From Candidatus Methanoperedenaceae archaeon (GTDB taxonomy: Archaea > Halobacteriota > Methanosarcinia > Methanosarcinales > Methanoperedenaceae), in contig CAVWCX010000004.1 in assembly GCA_963753595.1 (NCBI GenBank), positions 27,929-91,928 of the forward strand: a DNA stretch of 64,000 bases. Reading direction: 5' to 3'. Of this stretch, positions 50,292 to 62,231 are shown piece by piece. The position numbers and the translations under genes are program-made. How positions within the stretch are numbered: the first letter of the stretch is position 1; every line of letters starts with the position of its first letter. Below the pieces are notes generated by a model. That model saw nothing but the letters and a program-made list of their open reading frames with translations, was not told where the DNA came from and did no database searches.

Positions 50292-50702
50292 ATGGATATG
50301 GTAGGAAAAACAACAATTCATCCATTGTTTTTTTATAGTGGAAAAATATTCGGTTACATTACATGGATTTTTTCTTTAGCATCTATATTCAATATATCTA
50401 TAATAAGCAGGCAGCCAATTGAATTTCTTAAAATATTATCATATGTGTTATTTATAATTGGATTAATAATTGTTCTTATAAGCCTCATCAATTATAAATT
50501 CAGTAGAAATCCGATGTATCTTGGCTTTGACCTTTTTACTCTGGCTTCAATTGTATTCACGGCAAATATTATAATTGCAATTATTGGCATTTACAGTATT
50601 ATTATATATCATTATATAATAATTGGAGAAGAAAACTTCCTGGAAAAAAGATTTGGCAATGAATATATTACTTATAAAAGAAAAGTTAGAAGATATGTGT
50701 GA
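50292..50702 (+). CDS. ICMT/PEMT-family membrane methyltransferase, apparently internally deleted
   Basis: SRNPMYLG and EENFLEKRFGNEYITYKRKVRRY present; the usual segment before Y..SRNP (L.T.G.Y) is missing. Confidence 0.7.
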   Translation: MDMVGKTTIHPLFFYSGKIFGYITWIFSLASIFNISIISRQPIEFLKILSYVLFIIGLIIVLISLINYKFSRNPMYLGFDLFTLASIVFTANIIIAIIGIYSIIIYHYIIIGEENFLEKRFGNEYITYKRKVRRYV

Positions 50703-50749
50703 TTTTTGCGCTAATTTGAAGCCGTTACATTAACAATCTCCATTAAATT

Positions 50750-52552
50750 TCACATATCGATCTTCTTTGAGTGCCTCAACTCCACAGCCATGCCCTTCCC
50801 GCATCCTTTCATCTCCCATCCGCTCATATTCGCCCTCCCGACCCCTAAAAACCTCTCACCGACAACTATCACCTCATCATTGGGGCGTATCTGCGGATCA
50901 GCATCAAGTATCCCCGGCGCAAGGATGCTGCTGTGCGGAATGAAATCGCCGATCGTAACCCTGTAATACGGGTGATCGCGAAGCCTCATTCCCCCGTCAG
51001 CAGTAAGTGCAATAGCTCCGTATTGGGGGATCAATGTTGCCAGCTGCTTCCCCGCAAATAACTGGAATTTGGGGAAAGGCGCCCTGATAATTGCATCATG
51101 GGGAACAAGCATATCGCCTGCGCCTTTTCCGAACTGGTAATCTGCGGTTGCACGCATCAGGTCAAGTTTTCCCTGCTCTGCTGTTCTTTTTTTGGTATTT
51201 TCAAGTCCTGAAACAGCAAGCTCCAGGTTTTTAAGGGACTCATGTGAGGTAACTCCGTTGTCAGCAGTATAAATAAATTCCAAGTCGAGCTCGCTTGCTA
51301 CGGATTCACATATCTCCCTGTATGCGCCATGTACGTGAGCAATGATATTCCTGTAATTGTTTTTTTGAAGGTATGATCGCAGGCATCCTCCCACCCATGC
51401 TCTTTCTTCAAGGTCCCAGTGACCAGTTACAGGAGCATCGTAATGCGCTGCAGGATACATCAATTCAAGTTCTCGCGGGACAACGCCCATGGGGGAAGTA
51501 ATTATTACCTCATGGACAAATTTGCGGTATTTTCCAAGGGCATTTATGAATTTCTGGTGCGAGAGGGAAATCGAATAAGGCTTTTTTGCAGAGCATGGAA
51601 GAAGCACAAGAGCATCAAGATCGGGCGCAGTATAGCGTTCCAATACACGCTGTGCAAATCTTTTTATCTCGACCCTGTTCAGTGATTCCGATGTATTAGC
51701 ATACAGGGTATTTGACCTTAAGATCGGAGTTCTTTTTTCAAGAAAATCATATTTCATATCCATCAAACGAAGCGCTGCCGTCAGCCATGGGCGCGCCCTG
51801 CACTGGCGTTCCACATACTCGCGAAGACTTCCTGACCGGATGTGCTCGCGGACATTTCTAAGTTCCTCACCAAGCTTCAGGGAATTATGCTGTGCCAACA
51901 GGCCAGCGCGGTCTTTTTTGGGTAATTTTAACATTTCCTGCGGTGTTTTTGACATGCACACTGTGCATGCACAGGGGAATTCATGGAGCCTGTCGAGGTG
52001 GAATTCCCCGGAATTTGTAAGATAAATATCCTGGTATCCTTTGATAATCCCAAGGGTTTCATCGATAAGATCCACACCAAGATACAGGAGCATCGCCAGG
52101 TTTTCAGGTGTGGCAAGAGCCGGAGTATAAAGAAGTGAGTCCGCGCGGGTGTTTTCCTTTAGCCTGATTATCGAATCCACGAGTTCCCGTGCCCTGTTCT
52201 CATGCTGCTTTGCGGCGCCAGGGATGTAAAGTTCAGATTCCGGATAGTCATTGGTAAATGGATGTATGACAATGCCTGTATGAGCAAAATCTGCATGTTC
52301 AGGCGGCACCTTCAGGTCTTGTATGATCTCTTCTCTTGTTTGCAGGGGAAGTGATCTATGGGGAAGGATGATTATTTTCTTATCATTTTGTTCAATAGGC
52401 ACAGACTTTTTCCAGAAGGAGCCGGAGTCATATAGGGGGCAATCATTTTCATGAAGATTAATAATAGCAGGGGTTGACAGCTCCTTTTCAAGGATAAGTT
52501 TACCGATCCTTGCTGCAGCGTCGCGATGGGTGATCTCAAATATTTTGCTCAT
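50750..52552 (-). CDS. arcS: Archaeosine synthase alpha subunit (ArcS/TgtA2)
   Basis: TGT-like N-terminus (RDAAARIG, CACTVC), LPCSAKKPYSISLSH, TSPMGVVPRELE, YPAAHYD and a C-terminal PUA domain. Confidence 0.92.
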   Translation of the reverse strand: MSKIFEITHRDAAARIGKLILEKELSTPAIINLHENDCPLYDSGSFWKKSVPIEQNDKKIIILPHRSLPLQTREEIIQDLKVPPEHADFAHTGIVIHPFTNDYPESELYIPGAAKQHENRARELVDSIIRLKENTRADSLLYTPALATPENLAMLLYLGVDLIDETLGIIKGYQDIYLTNSGEFHLDRLHEFPCACTVCMSKTPQEMLKLPKKDRAGLLAQHNSLKLGEELRNVREHIRSGSLREYVERQCRARPWLTAALRLMDMKYDFLEKRTPILRSNTLYANTSESLNRVEIKRFAQRVLERYTAPDLDALVLLPCSAKKPYSISLSHQKFINALGKYRKFVHEVIITSPMGVVPRELELMYPAAHYDAPVTGHWDLEERAWVGGCLRSYLQKNNYRNIIAHVHGAYREICESVASELDLEFIYTADNGVTSHESLKNLELAVSGLENTKKRTAEQGKLDLMRATADYQFGKGAGDMLVPHDAIIRAPFPKFQLFAGKQLATLIPQYGAIALTADGGMRLRDHPYYRVTIGDFIPHSSILAPGILDADPQIRPNDEVIVVGERFLGVGRANMSGWEMKGCGKGMAVELRHSKKIDM

Positions 52553-52590
52553 AAGTTTCCATTTGTTATGCGATTTATATGAATTCAATT

Positions 52591-52625
52591 AAACGCCGAT
52601 GAACGCAGATAAACGCAGATTTGTT
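52591..52625. repeat. Third copy of the periodic repeat family
   Basis: AAACGCCGAT GAACGCAGAT AAACGCAGAT TTGTT, matching 14645-14679. Confidence 0.85.
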
Positions 52626-52817
52626 AATATTATGCTGTTTAGGTGAGGGGTTTATTTAAATATGAGCTTGAGTTGATACAAAATGACCTTATGCGCCGCA
52701 AATAAGAAGCGAACGCAAAGCATAGCAGCATACCCCAAAAACAGTAGGGCAAAACATTTATTATGTATAATAATGTAGGTTATAATTGGATTCCAGGGTG
52801 GGAATCGGGAGAAATTT

Positions 52818-53657
52818 ATGAAAAACAGAGTGTTAGCCAGTTTAATAATAATTATTGTTATTATTGGGGCAAGTGGGTGCCTGTCCTCTAATAATAATAG
52901 TAAATCTGAAACAGAAGGACTTCCACCTTCACTTGGCCAGTATTATGAAAGCAAACCGCCTGTATATCTTATCAAAATGTGGCAACTTGGTGAGGCAATG
53001 ATGGGAATAGGTGTGAATTTACAGCAGCAAGATATGGAAAATGCAAAGAAATCATATAATGATTTTTCCAAACAATATAAAGAAAGTTCAAATCTTGTGC
53101 CTGAATGGAAAAAATACTATAACCAGGATCTGGTGGAAAAAATGGGTGCATCGCTTGATTCCGGGAATGTGTCAGAGGTGTTTGAGACAATAGGAAAAGT
53201 CGGGGCAACATGTGTAAGTTGTCATAACGAAAAGATGCCGCCAGTCTGGAATAAGTACAATTGGGGTGATTTCAGTAAAATGACTTTGAATACCCCGAAC
53301 CCGGCTGAACCCGTATTGCCATGGCCGGTTGCAAAGATAAAATATTTGGCTCCGGGATTTGATGGGATCGGTGTAAATATCAAGAATAATAATCAAAAGG
53401 GAGCGCAGCAAAGCTTTGTGCTTTTCAAGACCATGTTCGATAACATGAATAGCACATGTTCGTCATGTCATGTGTCTTCAAGAAAATATTATGTCAGTGA
53501 AGACATCCGTGTTATGATCGATACAATGGGAGAAAAGATCAATTCCGGGAACCTCACAGAAGCAGAAGGGCTAAGGATGGGAATCGGAATGGAAAGCTGT
53601 TACGCGTGCCATGTACTGCATATGCCGGCGCAGTTTGCGAACCTGAAAACGAAATAA
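52818..53657 (+). CDS. Triheme c-type cytochrome lipoprotein
   Basis: ASGC lipobox; CVSCH, CSSCH and CYACH heme-binding motifs. Confidence 0.88.
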   Translation: MKNRVLASLIIIIVIIGASGCLSSNNNSKSETEGLPPSLGQYYESKPPVYLIKMWQLGEAMMGIGVNLQQQDMENAKKSYNDFSKQYKESSNLVPEWKKYYNQDLVEKMGASLDSGNVSEVFETIGKVGATCVSCHNEKMPPVWNKYNWGDFSKMTLNTPNPAEPVLPWPVAKIKYLAPGFDGIGVNIKNNNQKGAQQSFVLFKTMFDNMNSTCSSCHVSSRKYYVSEDIRVMIDTMGEKINSGNLTEAEGLRMGIGMESCYACHVLHMPAQFANLKTK

Positions 53658-53778
53658 GGAATAAAAGATCGAAAATAGCGAAAAACGAATATGCGGGCTT
53701 AAATCATTGGATTTTATAGTAAAATCCAATGGTGCATAAGTCTTGACTCTGATATAGTTCATCTTTAAAGGTCTAATT

Positions 53779-54342
53779 TCAGGGCTGGCTCAATAAGTTT
53801 AAATTGAAAAGCATGTTCCTGATTCGAATTAATGCATTTTCACAATCCTTCGGAGACTTTCCACCAGTTATGACGAGTTTTCCGGAACCGAACAATAAAA
53901 TTACTACTTTTGGGTCAAACATTCGATACACCAGCCCGGGGAACTGTTCCGGCTCATATTCGATGTTTTCCATTCCCAATCCCAATGCTACAGCATTTAG
54001 ATTCAGGACATCTCCGAGGACAGCGGATGCAACTATATTCTGAATAGTCACTTTATAATTGCCAGCGGTTTTTATCCCCAGGTCAACGAGTTTTTTATTG
54101 AGCATTTCGCCGGATTTGTTCGCATCTTCAATGGATTTGCAGCCTGTGCATACAACTTTGCCTGAATTAAACAGCAAAAAAACAGCTTTTGGATCCTTCA
54201 TCCTATAAACAAGACCTGGAAACCTTGATTTATTGTATTCGGCATTCTCAAGCTTTGATTTAATATCATTCAGATCAAAATTATCTGAAAGTTTAGTAGT
54301 GGAAACTACATTTTCAATTTTAAAACCAGTTGATTTCATCAT
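53779..54342 (-). CDS. tbp: TATA-box binding protein
   Basis: IENVV...FPGLVYR...[11 protein letters not shown] repeated as IQNIVAS...[12 protein letters not shown]...[11 protein letters not shown]. Confidence 0.96.
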   Translation of the reverse strand: MMKSTGFKIENVVSTTKLSDNFDLNDIKSKLENAEYNKSRFPGLVYRMKDPKAVFLLFNSGKVVCTGCKSIEDANKSGEMLNKKLVDLGIKTAGNYKVTIQNIVASAVLGDVLNLNAVALGLGMENIEYEPEQFPGLVYRMFDPKVVILLFGSGKLVITGGKSPKDCENALIRIRNMLFNLNLLSQP

Positions 54343-54481
54343 CCTTTCCTTCTAATCCTGATATTGGAATTAATAACGATAACTATTTTGAGATAAATTT
54401 AAGGTAAGTAAAATCGCACTTCAGAGTTTTCAAGATATTTGAACCACAAGCTATTTTTAGTATGATAAAATATGTATTATT

Positions 54482-54625
54482 ATGGATTTACGCCAGTGCA
54501 AGAAAGGCTGTGAGGAATGCACCCCATGCGAAGATTGCAAAGCGCCGCAATTCAATGTGAATGTTATGTGCGGAAGCTGCCTTCGCTGTGAGACCCCGCA
54601 TGTCGAAATGTATGAATGGAAATAA
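54482..54625 (+). CDS. Unannotated 47-aa Cys-rich microprotein
   Basis: MDLRQCKKGCEECTPCEDCKAPQFNVNVMCGSCLRCETPHVEMYEWK*; fills the tbp-purP gap after an AT-rich promoter-like stretch. Confidence 0.65.
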   Translation: MDLRQCKKGCEECTPCEDCKAPQFNVNVMCGSCLRCETPHVEMYEWK

Positions 54626-54777
54626 TGAAAACTCATAATTGTTTTTGTTCCCTTAGATGCAGTTGAGCTGTTTATATCTCCTTAATTCAGGACTCTTTCG
54701 ATCTATCTAATCCTCCCGCATCCACAAGATTAATTAACCCGGTAAAATATATAACCGTTGCACTATACAGGTGCATA

Positions 54778-55848
54778 ATGGTAGAAAAGAAGGAGATACT
54801 TGGAATTTTAGGTGGTTACGATAAAGAGAATATAGCTATTGCTACTGTTTGTTCACATAGTAGCCTTCAGATATTTGACGGGGCAAGAAAAGAAGGTTTC
54901 AAGACCATCGGGATAAGTGTAGGATCGCCCCCAAAATTCTATGATGCTTTTCCGAAAGGGAAGCCTGATGAATTTTTTATTGTTAAAGATTATAAGGAAA
55001 TCCTTTCAAAAACAAAAGAGCTGGCAGCAAAGAATGCGATCATAATCCCGCACGGCTCTTTCGTGGAATATCTTGGCCCTGAAAATTTCCAGAAACTGCG
55101 TCTTCCCACATACGGGAACCGCAGCGTTCTTGAATGGGAATCAGACCGGGATATGAGTCGCAAATGGCTGGAATCAGCGGGAATAAAAATGCCGCGCCAG
55201 ATAAAGAATCCGGAAGATATCGATACTCCTATGATGGTCAAGTATTATGGCGCAAAAGGGGGAATGGGATTTTTTGTTGTAAAGAATTATGCTGATTTCC
55301 AGAAACGTATAAATCCTGCTGAAAAATACACCATACAGGAATTCGTCCTGGGAACACGTTATTACATGCATTATTTCTATTCACCAATTAAGCCTGATGG
55401 ATATAAGCTAAGCAAAGGGTCACTTGAACTACTTGGCATTGACAGGCGTGTTGAATCAAATGCGGATGAGATATTCAGGATCGGATCACCAACTGAGCTG
55501 GCACAGGCCGGCATTTATCCGACATTTGTAGTGACGGGAAACCTGCCCCTCATGATTCGGGAATCGCTCCTTCCCAAGATTTTCGAGATGGGAGAGAAGG
55601 TAGTAGAAAGATCACTTGAGTTGTTCGGGGGTATGATCGGGCCATTCTGTCTTGAAACTGTTGTAACAGACTCACTTGAATTGAAGGTTTTTGAAATATC
55701 AGCCCGCATAGTTGCAGGGACAAATCTTTTCATTTCCGGTTCGCCATATTCGGATCTCATAGAAGAGAACCTATCCATGGGGCGGCGTATAGCCCGCGAG
55801 ATAAAAATTGCACGGGATACGGATTCACTCCCGGAAGTAATATCATGA
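54778..55848 (+). CDS. purP: Formate--phosphoribosylaminoimidazolecarboxamide ligase (PurP family)
   Basis: SHSSLQI..GA..EGF, PHGSFVEY, GAKGG, GPFCLE and FEISARIVAGTN motifs. Confidence 0.92.
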   Translation: MVEKKEILGILGGYDKENIAIATVCSHSSLQIFDGARKEGFKTIGISVGSPPKFYDAFPKGKPDEFFIVKDYKEILSKTKELAAKNAIIIPHGSFVEYLGPENFQKLRLPTYGNRSVLEWESDRDMSRKWLESAGIKMPRQIKNPEDIDTPMMVKYYGAKGGMGFFVVKNYADFQKRINPAEKYTIQEFVLGTRYYMHYFYSPIKPDGYKLSKGSLELLGIDRRVESNADEIFRIGSPTELAQAGIYPTFVVTGNLPLMIRESLLPKIFEMGEKVVERSLELFGGMIGPFCLETVVTDSLELKVFEISARIVAGTNLFISGSPYSDLIEENLSMGRRIAREIKIARDTDSLPEVIS

Positions 55849-57230
55849 TGCAGAAAAAGGAATATGATGTCATTATTGTAGGCGCAGGACCGGCAGGGAT
55901 ATTCGCAGCGCATGAGCTTGCCGAAAAGATGGATGTTCTTGTCATAGATATGGGCCGTGATATTAAAGAACGGGAATGCAAAATGAAGCGCCGTGGCATC
56001 TGCACCCATTGCGACCCATGCGACATTATGTGCGGCGTGGGCGGGGCGGGGACATATTCAGATGGGACGCTGAACCTCAGGCCGGACATCGGCGGTGATC
56101 TTGCCGAGCAGACCGGGGATACTGAATATGCATGGCAGCTTGTTGATTATGTTGATAAGGTATTCCTGAAATACGGAGCTCCTGACCATCTTTATATCCC
56201 TAAAGGCGATGAGGTGGAGCAGTTAAAGCGAAGGGCAGCGTCTGTCGGGGCGCGATTCATTGAAATTATCCAGAGGCATATCGGGTCTGATAATGCGCCT
56301 GTAGTTATCGCAAATTTTGAAAAGGACATGTTAGAGAAGGGTGTTGAGTTCCTGCTGGATACGAAAGTAGAGGACCTGGTCATAGAAGAAAATACCTGCA
56401 CAGGTGTCGTATTAAAAGACGGTACAAAAATAAGCTCCCGCTTTACTATCATCGCGCCTGGAAGAGTTGGCGCGAAATGGATCGATGAGATCCTCCATAA
56501 ACACAAAATCGAGGCAAAATATGCTCCTATTGATGTAGGAGTAAGGGTGGAAGTCCCTTCAATAATAATGGACCCGATAACATATATAAATCATGACCCG
56601 AAATTTCACATCCAGACAAAGACCTATGATGATTTTGTGAGGACTTTCTGTACAAATGAGAGGGGTTTTGTGGTAAAAGAGGAATATGAGGATTTCATTG
56701 CCACAAATGGTCATTCCATGACAAATGAGCAATCAGAGAACACGAATTTCGCTTTCATTGTCCGGGTCGAACTCACTGAACCCATCGAGAATACCGTACG
56801 CTATGGAAGGTCTATCGCAAAGCTTGCAACAACTATCGGCGGCGGGAAACCTGTGATCCAGAGGATGGGAGATCTGCGGCGAGGAAGGCGAACCACTGAG
56901 AAAAGGCTTAAAAAGAACCAGGTCATAAATTCCCTTAAAGACGTGACGCCAGGTGATATTTCCATGGCGCTGCCGCACCGCATCGTTACCGATATCAGGG
57001 AAGGGCTTGATGTATTAAATGAGATAATTCCGGGAGTTGCCGCCGATTCCACATTATTATATGCTCCTGAGATAAAGTTCTATTCGATGCAGGTGATTGT
57101 TGACCGTGACATGGAGTCAAGTGTCAAGAATCTTTTCGCGGCCGGGGATGGCGCCGGGCTTTCAAGGGATATTGTGAATGCTGCGGCAACTGGTGTGATT
57201 GCGGGAAGGGGAATATTGAAGAAAGCCTGA
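55845..57230 (+). CDS. FAD-dependent oxidoreductase (COG2509-like)
   Basis: GAGPAG, GGAGTYSDG, GVRVE, RTFCTN and GDGAG motifs. Confidence 0.85.
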   Translation: MMQKKEYDVIIVGAGPAGIFAAHELAEKMDVLVIDMGRDIKERECKMKRRGICTHCDPCDIMCGVGGAGTYSDGTLNLRPDIGGDLAEQTGDTEYAWQLVDYVDKVFLKYGAPDHLYIPKGDEVEQLKRRAASVGARFIEIIQRHIGSDNAPVVIANFEKDMLEKGVEFLLDTKVEDLVIEENTCTGVVLKDGTKISSRFTIIAPGRVGAKWIDEILHKHKIEAKYAPIDVGVRVEVPSIIMDPITYINHDPKFHIQTKTYDDFVRTFCTNERGFVVKEEYEDFIATNGHSMTNEQSENTNFAFIVRVELTEPIENTVRYGRSIAKLATTIGGGKPVIQRMGDLRRGRRTTEKRLKKNQVINSLKDVTPGDISMALPHRIVTDIREGLDVLNEIIPGVAADSTLLYAPEIKFYSMQVIVDRDMESSVKNLFAAGDGAGLSRDIVNAAATGVIAGRGILKKA

Positions 57231-57320
57231 ATTCCTGATAGATTAATTAATGATGGATTCCTGCACTATCTTTTTATACAATGATAATTATAAGTATAAT
57301 CACAAAAGAGTGCAATTATT

Positions 57321-58178
57321 ATGGCCGAGTCGAGTGAGTTTGAAAAGTATTGTATCCAGACACTGGAAATACATTTCGGGCAGTTGGCTGGTGGAATTCT
57401 AAAAAATATAATGGCAAAGAAAAGCCTGAATGATAAATCAAATATCAGCGATTTTAAGGAATTTATCGACCTTCTTGAAATCAATATTAGTATACTTTCA
57501 GGAAAAAATAAGGCTAATGAAATTGGAAATACACTGAGGAACAAAGCCCTTGATTTTGCAGGGAAGAAGAAAACATCAGAAATTGTCTTAAATGAAGATG
57601 TAGAAAATGAAATAGATGCTTTCCTGGATAAAAATACATTACCCAATGAACGGGATATCGCTGATTATACGAAATACCTGACATTGAAATACGGCGGCCA
57701 TGCAAAGAATGTGGAAAAAGAAATAATTGACAAAGTTAAAAACCAGATAAAAAAGACGATCAGCCGGAACAGGATCAAGGGAGAAATAAACGATTTACTT
57801 GCAAGATTCCAGGATCCCACGAAAAACGATATTGATGATTTTATACATTATATTCATCTCTCAAAACTGGTTTTTGAGGAAGATGAACTGCGGGATGAAA
57901 TTGAAAAAGAAAGGCTTTACAGGAAATTCCACGGGCCGCAGGATAGTGAAGTACCATCAGAGATCAATGAACTTGTCAATTTGATCAAAAATACAACCAA
58001 TAAAGGTGCGCTCAGTAAAAAATTACGAAAACAGGAACTTAGCTATCTTATCAAGGATGAATCCGGAGTTTCCGACAAATCGGTCTCAGAATTCGTAAAA
58101 CTCATGACGCCTTCTGAAGATGATACAAGAGATACGCTTGAAGACCTTGGGCTTAAACATCTTATCAGAGATAAATAG
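57321..58178 (+). CDS. Hypothetical helical protein
   Basis: 285-aa charged ORF with no recognised motif. Confidence 0.7.
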   Translation: MAESSEFEKYCIQTLEIHFGQLAGGILKNIMAKKSLNDKSNISDFKEFIDLLEINISILSGKNKANEIGNTLRNKALDFAGKKKTSEIVLNEDVENEIDAFLDKNTLPNERDIADYTKYLTLKYGGHAKNVEKEIIDKVKNQIKKTISRNRIKGEINDLLARFQDPTKNDIDDFIHYIHLSKLVFEEDELRDEIEKERLYRKFHGPQDSEVPSEINELVNLIKNTTNKGALSKKLRKQELSYLIKDESGVSDKSVSEFVKLMTPSEDDTRDTLEDLGLKHLIRDK

Positions 58179-58234
58179 ATGTAATTTCTGGCTAATGAAA
58201 AATTACTTAAACAACAATGTAAACTTAGCAGCCA

Positions 58235-60350
<2,116 letters not shown>

Positions 60351-60351
60351 C

Positions 60352-60897
60352 TTAATGTTTTATTTTAACAACAACTGTTCCGGCTAAACGATCCCCGAGC
60401 CTTTGCCTTTTTTCTGTTATTGCCATAACAATAAATCCCAATATATATAATGTTGGCAGATGGTCAATTATACGTAAAACATTTCTCAACAGGGCTGCAA
60501 AAAAGTCACACGGTTCCCCATTCTCTTTAACAACAATAATCCCGAGGATCATCTTACCAACAGTCTGGCCTTTCCATGTCTCCAATACTATGCCATAACA
60601 TATCCACAGGAGCATTATAATTAATAAACTCATGAAAAAACCGCTTATTGCTGTCATCAATGACCTGGCTGCAAGGCCGGGAACAATTGAAGCACCGAGA
60701 ATAATGAATGATAGAAATCCCATTACAAAATAATCAATTAATACTGCAAATATCCTGTGAATAACAACATCTTTCTCAGTCCCCATTTCACCTCTGGAAG
60801 AAACAGGAGTTATCTGTGAGATTTTCAGGTTATTGCCACATTTTGAGCAAAATTCCGCGTCATCCGAGTTCATTGTTCCGCATTTGCTGCAATACAT
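60352..60897 (-). CDS. Zinc-ribbon + RDD-family membrane protein
   Basis: YCSKCG...FCSKCG, RIFAVLID, GQTVGK, RN and QRLGDRLAGT motifs. Confidence 0.9.
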   Translation of the reverse strand: MYCSKCGTMNSDDAEFCSKCGNNLKISQITPVSSRGEMGTEKDVVIHRIFAVLIDYFVMGFLSFIILGASIVPGLAARSLMTAISGFFMSLLIIMLLWICYGIVLETWKGQTVGKMILGIIVVKENGEPCDFFAALLRNVLRIIDHLPTLYILGFIVMAITEKRQRLGDRLAGTVVVKIKH

Positions 60898-61100
60898 TTT
60901 TTCACCCAGTTACAATATTTACTCATGGTATTATTTGCTAATGATATTTAATATTGTTGATGCATATTGAAAATTGGTAGTTCAAATTTTTTTGAAATTT
61001 ATTGCAGGGTTTTATTAACCGTATGCTCGTATAAAGTGTCAGAATAACAAATTGAAGGCAGGTTTGGAATGGAGAATGCAAACAACAAAAAGGTGATTTC

Positions 61101-62195
61101 TTGAAAGATACAACAGGTTGCGTTGGAGGAACAAATAAAGGAAGTCTTGGCATAATAAGCAAATACCTGACCCTCTGGATCCTTCTTGCCATGGCAGGCG
61201 GGATAATCCTTGGGGCTGTTTATCCGCAGGTAGCCACAATACTTAACGCTGTCAAGTTCGAAGAGGTATCACTTCCCATAGCGATAGGTCTTATATGGAT
61301 GATGTATCCGCCACTTGCAGGTGTGAAATACGAGGAACTCCATAAAATGAAGAAGCAGGGGAAAGCCCTGAGCGCTTCCATTGTCCAGAACTGGATAATC
61401 GGTCCTGTGCTCATGTTCGCCCTGGCATGGATATTCCTTCCTGACCTTCCGGAGTACAGGATAGGTTTGATCATAATCGGTCTTGCACGATGCATCGCCA
61501 TGGTACTTGTCTGGAACCAGCTCGCGGGTGGAGATAACGAATTGTGTGCTGTCCTTGTGGCTGTGAACTCTATCTTCCAGGTAGCTCTGTATTCGGTTCT
61601 CGCATATGTATTTGTAACTGTATTATCAGCATGGATAGGCGGCGCAGGAGCAGGCGCTGTTGTGGATATTTCAATATGGCAGGTCGCCAAAGCAGTATTC
61701 ATCTATCTGGGCATTCCCTTTATAGCAGGCATAATAACAAGATCAGTTCTGGTAAAAAAGAGAGGAAAGGACTGGTATGATAATGTATTTATGAAAAAGC
61801 TTGGTCCCACAGCATTGATCGGACTGCTCTTTACCATTATCGTCATGTTCTCCTTAAAGGGTGAGTACATTGTCAAACTTCCCATGGATGTATTCAGGAT
61901 AGCAGTCCCGCTGCTTATTTATTTCATCATAATGTTTGGCATCTCCCTATTCATGTCGTACAGGTTGGGCTTTTCCTATGACAAATCCACAACCCTGGCA
62001 TTCACCGCGGCAAGCAATAATTTTGAACTTGCCATAGCAGTGGCAGTTGCCGTGTTCGGGATAGATTCAGGTGTAGCTTTTGCGGCTGTCGTGGGACCGC
62101 TCATTGAAGTGCCTGTAATGCTTGGATTGGTACATGTGGCAAGGAGAGCCAGAGTCATGTGGTTTGATCAAAATGGTCTTCCGATTGAAAATTAA
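61101..62195 (+). CDS. acr3: ACR3-family arsenite efflux transporter
   Basis: [36 protein letters not shown] and GPLIEVP motifs; TTG start after AGGTGA. Confidence 0.95.
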   Translation: MKDTTGCVGGTNKGSLGIISKYLTLWILLAMAGGIILGAVYPQVATILNAVKFEEVSLPIAIGLIWMMYPPLAGVKYEELHKMKKQGKALSASIVQNWIIGPVLMFALAWIFLPDLPEYRIGLIIIGLARCIAMVLVWNQLAGGDNELCAVLVAVNSIFQVALYSVLAYVFVTVLSAWIGGAGAGAVVDISIWQVAKAVFIYLGIPFIAGIITRSVLVKKRGKDWYDNVFMKKLGPTALIGLLFTIIVMFSLKGEYIVKLPMDVFRIAVPLLIYFIIMFGISLFMSYRLGFSYDKSTTLAFTAASNNFELAIAVAVAVFGIDSGVAFAAVVGPLIEVPVMLGLVHVARRARVMWFDQNGLPIEN

Positions 62196-62231
62196 GAAAC
62201 ATATAAACATATTAAATTAAATCTAACCATC

